NCBI GenBank assembly: GCA_001724265.1
Contig: MEDY01000261.1
Coordinates: forward strand, 1 to 43,603
Reading direction: 5' to 3'
Origin: Rhizaria sp. SCN 62-66
Lineage: Eukaryota
Length of the DNA: 43,603 bases
The position numbers and the translations under genes were made by a program. Below are positions 37,158-43,603 of this stretch, one piece after another. Position 1 is the stretch's first letter. Each line of letters starts with the position of its first letter. The notes beneath the pieces were generated by a model, which was given only the letters and a program-made list of their open reading frames with translations, made no database searches and was not told the origin of the DNA.

Positions 37158-39657
37158 ATGAGCCAGCACCGTCCTCGTCGCATCGCCACTTCTGCGGCCT
37201 CGCGCGCTGCAAAGCTCAACTTCGACCCCGCCGACGACACCGCCTCGCCCTCCGTCGTCGTCCCCACCCCGCCTGGCGCCCCCAGCAGCAGCAGCGCCGC
37301 CGCCGGCCACGGCCACGGCCACGCTTTCGGTCATGCCGCATCGACGCCATTCGCAGGTTTCCCTATCTCACCGCCCGTCGGCCTCATGAACAGCGTTGCC
37401 GCCGGCTCCGCGGCCGCTGTAGGCCTGGGCCACGGCGCCGCCGCCACGCCCGCGGGCTACCTCGCCGCGCACTCACAGCTGCAGCAGCAGCAGCAGCAGC
37501 AGTCGGGCTACTTCACGCCCGGTGTCACAGGTCTCGCAGGCTCCAGCGGTGCCACCGGCCAGCCGTCCCCCTCGGCTACCGGGGCTGGCGCCGCGGGCTT
37601 CCCCTCGATCGCTTCGCCCCTCGCAGCCGGCTCCGGCAACGTCATGAGCAGCGGCGGCAACCATAATAGCGAAGTTGGGGGCTTCTACGACTCGTCGGCG
37701 CCGTCCCCGTCCGCCACTTCGGCCGCGGCTGCCGCCGCCGCTGCGGCGTCGTCGCTGCCCGCCTTCGTGGGTTCCGGCGCGGCGAGCGCGACCAACCCGC
37801 TGGGCGTGGCGGGGCTAATGTTCCCTGTGCTCTCAGCCATGGCCACGGCCGGCAACAAGGCCGGCGGGGGCTTCGCGCCGCCGCCGCGCGCCGCCGAGCT
37901 GCCCGCGGGAGTCTTCGCGGGCGACGCCGCGTCGGCCACGGCCGCGCTCGTCGCGCTGCACGCCTCGGCCGTTGACGCCGCGCGCGCGCGGGCCGCCGAC
38001 GCCGCGGGCTCGGCCGCCTCGGCCGAGGTGACCGCTGACGCCGCCGCCGTCGCAGAGGCCTACGCGCAGCTGCTGCAGCAGTACCAACAACCGCAGCTGC
38101 AGCAGCAGGGCAGCGGTGGCTCGGACGCCGCCGCCGACAGCAAGAACAACGGCAACAGCGACAGCAACAGCAAGAACAGTCACAAGGATGACGACAAAGA
38201 CGACTCCAAGGACGACGAGGACGATGCCAACGACAACAAGAGCGACGACGACGAGGCAGACCGGCCTTCTCCCGCGCTTAGCACCTCTGACGCCGCTGCC
38301 GCTGGCAATGGCAACGGCAACAGCAACGGTGGGGTCGACCCGTCTTCGTTCGGCCCTGCGCCGCCCGCCGTGACGAGCCCCGAGGTGGTGGCCCGCGCGG
38401 CGGCGGCGTCCGAGTCGGCCTCCGCGGCGGCGGCGTCGAGCGTGGACCCCGTGACCGTGGCCGTGCCCGCCATGTCGTCGATTCTCACGGCGCCCTCGGC
38501 GCGCGCGGTGCTCGTCGCGCCCGTGGCCGTGCTCATCGAGACCGTGCTGCACGTACTGCGCCGCGACCGCGTGCGCCAAAAGGACCTGGCCGCCTCCATC
38601 GGGCTCTCGGGGTCGACGCTGTCGCCCATGCTGCGCGGCAAGTACCGCCACACCAAGGATGCGCACATGACGCGGCTGCGCGAGTGGGTCTACCAGCGTG
38701 ACAAACTCTTCGTCACCTCCGTCCTCCACCAGGTAAGCACTATGCTGCGAAAACACGATCTGATGAAGCTCTCCAATGCTGTTGTTTATCGTTATATTAC
38801 AATAATAGTTGCGGCTGGTAACTCGTGCCATCGACTTAATGTTGGTTTTTATGTCATAATTCAAATATCATTGTGCTCTATACTCACATATTGTCTCTCT
38901 TTTTGCATTGACGTTTTGTTTTCTCGCCGCGCTCGCGACAGGCCGTGTTGATGGCGTACAACGAGATCACCCTGGCGGCCGTCGTCGGCGTGCCGCGCCC
39001 CGACCTGGCGCGCTGGCTGCGCATGACAATGCCGCTCGACGCGCGCATCGCGATCAACCACAAGGTCTGCGACTGGGTGTCATCGCTGACAGCTGTCTCG
39101 GCCAACCAATCCCACGCGCAGACGACGCACGCACACGCCGCTGCCGCTGCCGCCGCCGCCGCGGGCGCGGGCGCGGGCGCAGGCTTGCCCTCGGGGCTGC
39201 TCATGCCCGGCTCCGGCGCCGGCATGCACGGCGGCGGCCTGGGCGGCGGCATGTCCGCCATGTCCGCCATGGGCGGCGGCCTGGGGGGCTCCATGGGCGG
39301 GGGTGCAATGGGCGGCATGGCCGGGCTGGCCGGATTGGGCGCCATGGGCGGGCCGCTTGGCGTGCTCAGTGGGCTCGGCGGCGTCGGCCCCATGGGCGGC
39401 ATGGGCGCTATGGGCGGCATGGGCGGCGCTTTGAGCCAGCATCTGGGCGCCATGAACGCCATGAACGGCATGGGCGGCATGGGCGGCATGGGCATGGGCG
39501 GCATGGGCGGCATGAACCCGATGCTCGGCAACGCCATGGGTCTCAACGGTATCAGCGGGCTCGGCCAACTGGGTCAGCTGGGACAGATGGGCCAGTTCGG
39601 CGGCCAGATGGGCCAAATGGGCAACATGAACGCCTTGGGCGCTTTGGGGCAGCTTGC

Positions 39658-39693
<36 letters not shown>

Positions 39694-41452
39694 ACAGCAG
39701 CAACAGCAGCAGCTGAGCAGCCAGCTGAGCCAGCTGTCGCAGCTCAACCAGCTCACCCAGACTGGCCAGATTAACCAAATGCAGGCCGCGCACGCAATGA
39801 ACATGATCCTCCAGCAGGACCAGCCACAACAGCAGCAGCAAGGGATGACCCCCGGCAGCGCTCTGGGCAACGGCAGCAACATGGGCTACTTCCCCTCCAA
39901 TGCCAACGCCAGCAGCGGCAACGCCAGTGGCAATAGCAACGGCAGCGGCAACAGCGCCGCGAACGCGCTGACGGCTCTGCTGAGCAACAGCAGCGGCGAG
40001 ACCGCGCAGGCCATCGCTACCGCGCTCGCAGCCGTCGCGGCCAACGGCAATGGCGGCGGCAGCCAGGCCGAGGCACTGAACGCCGCGCTCGCCGCGGCCA
40101 CTGCCGCCGTCGCCAACAACAACGCCAACAACGGCGCGGGTGTGACCGGCCTCGGCCTCAGCATGGGCGGCAACAACCCCACGCCCCCCGCGAACGCCCA
40201 GTTCCCCGGCTCCGCCGCCGCGCGCCTGGCCTCCGCGCTGCGCTCCACGCCGTCCCCGTCCACCAACCCCAACCCCAACGCCGCCCCCACCGCGAACTCC
40301 GGCCCCGGCAGTGCGGCCGCTGCTGCCGCGCTGCTGGCGGCCCGCGGCGGCTACCGCCCGCGCCCCGCCGGCGCCCTCGCAGGCCCCGGCGCCGTCGCCG
40401 GTGCTGGTGTTGCGGGCATGACAGGGGCGGCGCGCGGTGACGCCGACGGCGCGGGCGGCGACGACTTGGCGGCTCCCGGCAACACGTGGGCCGACGCCGC
40501 TGCCTCCCCCATCTCCCCCGCCGGCGCCGCTGGCGTCACCGGCGCTGCTAATGCCAACAGCAACAGCGGCGGCGAGACGAGCGCGGCGGCGGCGAACTTG
40601 CTGGCACTGATTTCGCAGTCCGCCAGCCGCGCCGGCAGCGGCGCCAGCGGCAACAACAGTGGGGCTAATTCGGCGCTGCTGGCTGCGCTCTCCGGCTCGG
40701 GCGCCGGCTCCGACGCCGCGGCCGCCGCACCCGCCGCGCTCGCCAACGGCTCCCCGCTCCCGCCCCAGGTCCAGGCCCAGGTCCAGTCCCAGTCGCAGGC
40801 GCAGGCGAACAGCGCGGCCCGCACGGCTGCCAGCGCCGGTGCTGGTGCCGGTGCAAGCGCTGCCGGCCGCAGCGCCATCACGCCGACCGCGCTGGCGGCC
40901 GCGTCGGCGTCGTTCCTGACCAATTACTCGCAGTCGCTCGACTCGATGCAGCAGCAGCAGCCCTTCGCGGGCCTCGCGCGCGCCGGCAACGCCGCCGCCA
41001 GCCCAGTCTCCGCCCCCATGACTGGCACTGGCGCTGGCGCCGGCACTGGCATTGGGTCTTCTGCCGCAACCGCCGCGCTGCTGGCCGGCCGCGGTGCCGC
41101 CACGCGCCCCATCGGCGCCGGCCCCACCGCTGCTGCCGGAGCCCCTGCGCTGCTGTCCGGCGTCGCTGCGGCGGCCGCATCTGGCGCGCTGCTCGGCGGC
41201 GGCGTCACCGCCAACGCCAACAACAACAGCAACAGAGCCGGGTTCGCGCCCGCTGGGGCATCGCGCACCAGCTCCGGCAATAGCGCGGTCTCCACCGGCC
41301 CCGCGGTCACCCTCACGGTCACCGGTGCTGTTGCCACCGGCGCCGGCGTTGGCGTAGGCGCTGGCACTGGCACCGACGCCGGCGAGGACGACGGCCCGAT
41401 CGAGCAGTCGGTCAAGCGCGCCCGGCTGCACAAGTCACTGCCTCTGCATTAA
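37158..41452 (+). CDS. Putative transcription factor with tandem lambda-repressor-like (Cro/C1-type) HTH domains and Q-, GM- and Ala-rich regions, ~1361 aa, 2 exons (37158-38732, 38942-41452)
   Basis: VLRRDRVRQKDLAASIGLSGSTLSPMLRGKY...LREWV followed by a second copy (NEITLAAVVGVPRPDLARWL...VCDWV); GGM repeats; Q18; basic C-terminal KRAR (NLS-like); stop TAA. Confidence 0.7.
38733..38941 (+). other. Spliceosomal intron in HTH gene (209 nt, phase 0)
   Basis: CAG|GTAAGC...GCGACAG|GCC; AT-rich interior; joins ORFs 36924-38951 and 38945-41452. Confidence 0.88.
39659..39712 (+). repeat. CAG/CAA repeat, poly-Gln (18)
   Basis: 18 consecutive Gln codons in the HTH protein. Confidence 0.95.
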
Positions 41453-43166
41453 GTAACCAGCATGCGTGCGTTCTTTGTTAGGCGCTGCAGTGCGAGTGAA
41501 GCTAGGGTCGACAGCGCCTTTTTTTTTGGAAACCACACATGCAACTCTCATAACGTTTTTTGTTTCTTTTTCTTTTTCTCTTTATGTTTGTATTTCCGTG
41601 AAAGTGAAAGTCAATTTTAAGAATTTCAACTCACTTCCCAGATCATCACAAGAACACACACACACAATTATTAGCCAACAAAAACAAAAACAAACGACAA
41701 AATCAAAATCCCCCAACAAATCTGAAGCTAAAAATATCCAACAACAGACCAAAAATACCCAACTCAAAAGTCAAGATCACCAAAAATATATCACATCTCT
41801 CAGCTCAAAATATCACAAAATTGCCAGTCACAGTCAGTCTCAAGGTTTACGCAAAGTAGCGTACTCTCACACCTTTTCACACACATAACTCACACACACA
41901 AGCTGAATAGCAAGCCCTTCACACGCATCCCGCGCTTTTCTGCACTCGCGCCTTTCTGCGCGTTAGTTGCTTTTCGCACCCATTTCTTTGCGTGTGCAGT
42001 CCCTTTGTTTTAGTCTCCCTCTGTGTGTATGTGCCTGTGTGCTTGTTTGTGCACTGTGGCGCCTATTCATTGTGCGCGTTGTTCTTCTTCCATCCCTTTT
42101 TGTTCTCAGTTCTCCCTGTTTCTGTTATGTTCGACGAAAATTTAGTCACATCGTCTTTTCTTTTTTCTTCTTCATTTTCATTAAAGTTTCGCGTGTGTCT
42201 TGTTTCTCAAACAACATCAATTTTCGTTGCTTCGCTCGTCTGTTTGCACCATTGCACTACTCCTCTTAATTCCTTCTGTCCACCACTTCTCTGTTACTGT
42301 TTCTTCCCTGTCGTACCGTTTGTTGCCTCAAATCTCTGTTGCTCTGTTTCTCTGTCTGTCCACGTTGTTATGCCTCGGTCCCTCCTCGGGATGTAGTGGT
42401 CACAGCAACCAAGCTCGCCATATGGTTGCGTTGATCGTGATCGTTTCATTCTTTATTATTTTTTTCTCAACAGTTTTTGCTGTTGTTGGGATGTCTTCCT
42501 TCCACGAAGTCACATTTTCCGTGCATGCGCGCGGCGATCGCACTTAGCACGCACTTTACACGCACTCTTTCTCTCAAGCTCTGTGCGTGCGCGTGCGCGT
42601 CGCCGCGTTCCATTGCTTCTTGAGCGTGTATGGACTTTAGTTTTTTTTAATCCTCGATTTGTAATGTGCACGCCCGCTATTTGCTTCACTACAACTCACA
42701 TCGTGTTTTTGTCTCAATCCTTTTCGACTCAGTTTTTTTTTTTAAATTTATATTTCATCTCTTTTTCGTGTCGTTATGTGTCGGATTCTCACATCTTTGA
42801 CTGATGATATGTCCTGGTACATCATATGCTCTGCGCGCCATCGCACACACGTCTTGTTTCGGTCCCTGCCTTCAAATCCTTCACTGTATTTCCTCCGAAT
42901 ATTCGTGAGTGCTCACGTTAACGCGCGCGTATGTTCATGTGCTCTAGCTCAAGCACGCTGCCCTTACGATCTCTCCCTGATTCCGCTCCTCTTTTTCTCA
43001 GCCTTCTTTCTTCCGCTCCTACATCCTCCCATCCTCCTATCTCCCTGTCTGTTTGTTTGCCACGTTATTCCGCTTAGCGTGCTTCTGCTCAGTCGTAACA
43101 TAATCCCACCGTAGAGCTACCAGCACCTATCTCCTCTGCATGCTGTCTTTTCATGCTATGCGGTGC

Positions 43167-43331
43167 GTCCTCTCAGCGGCCCCGTGCTGTGCGCGCCCGC
43201 GACTTGAGGTTTCCGACCTCGTCGCGCGCACCGTCGCGGTCCGCGCTGTGAGACTGCCTCTGCGCCGGGCTGCCAGCCAGTCAAACGAACCGTTTGTCGT
43301 CGTCGATGTCGGGAACGATTCTGACTGGCTG
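43167..43331. ncRNA. Candidate structured RNA element, family unrecognised
   Basis: Nested inverted repeats forming a long hairpin plus a perfect 10-bp stem CAGCCAGTCA/TGACTGGCTG in a GC island within T-rich DNA. Confidence 0.25.
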
Positions 43332-43539
43332 CGCTTGTGTTGTAGCGAGCAACAATCATTTCGCAACATACTTATGATGGAAGACATTTTGACTGCTCGA
43401 ATAGCATCAACGACATCAACAGGAATAACGACGACACCGTTTGATTGCAGTCTCTCTTTTTTTTTTTTTCAATCCCATCACCCCACACCCACCCACCACA
43501 CCTCGCCTCTGGATACATGCCACGCATCGCCCCCGCACG

Positions 43540-43603
43540 GACCGACTGACCGACCGACCGACCGACCGACCGACCGACCGACCGACCGACCGACCGACCG
43601 ACC
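43540..43603. repeat. (GACC)n tetranucleotide array running off the window end
   Basis: 16 units, one GACT variant. Confidence 0.95.

Noticed and set aside
41466-43114. Several 60-140 aa ORFs rich in F/L/V/C or K/Q/T
   Set aside because: By-products of T-rich or A-rich low-complexity non-coding DNA.
43151-43387. 78-aa minus-strand ORF and its open antisense frame
   Set aside because: No recognisable motif and codon style unlike the real genes.
1-43603. CRISPR arrays, transposases, rRNA or prokaryotic operons
   Set aside because: None seen; repeats are simple tandem coding or microsatellite repeats and gene structure is spliceosomal.

Overview
Compact eukaryotic (protist-like) nuclear DNA with GC-rich exons, short intergenic spacers and six GT-AG introns of 127-209 nt. 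I resolve eight protein-coding genes: a SPRING1/C12orf49-like type II membrane protein (-), OSGEP/Kae1 (+), a TMUB-like ubiquitin-like membrane protein (-), an a-a'-ERp29c protein disulfide isomerase ending KDEL (-), a secreted 9-EGF protein (-), a ~3400-aa USP48/UBP26-like deubiquitinase (+), a ~3500-aa Ala-rich protein of unknown function (-), and a tandem-HTH, Q/GM-rich putative transcription factor (+). The main discovery is evidence for a non-standard nuclear genetic code. Five in-frame TAG codons interrupt three otherwise continuous genes, one of them inside a co-linear thioredoxin domain. All eight inferred gene ends use TAA (6) or TGA (2) and none uses TAG. The local contexts favour UAG=Gln with UAA retained as stop. 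Secondary observations are conserved domains inflated by low-complexity inserts, splice-acceptor-like YAG just upstream of most start codons, a candidate structured RNA and a (GACC)n array at the window end. Family assignments come from recalled motifs, not database searches.
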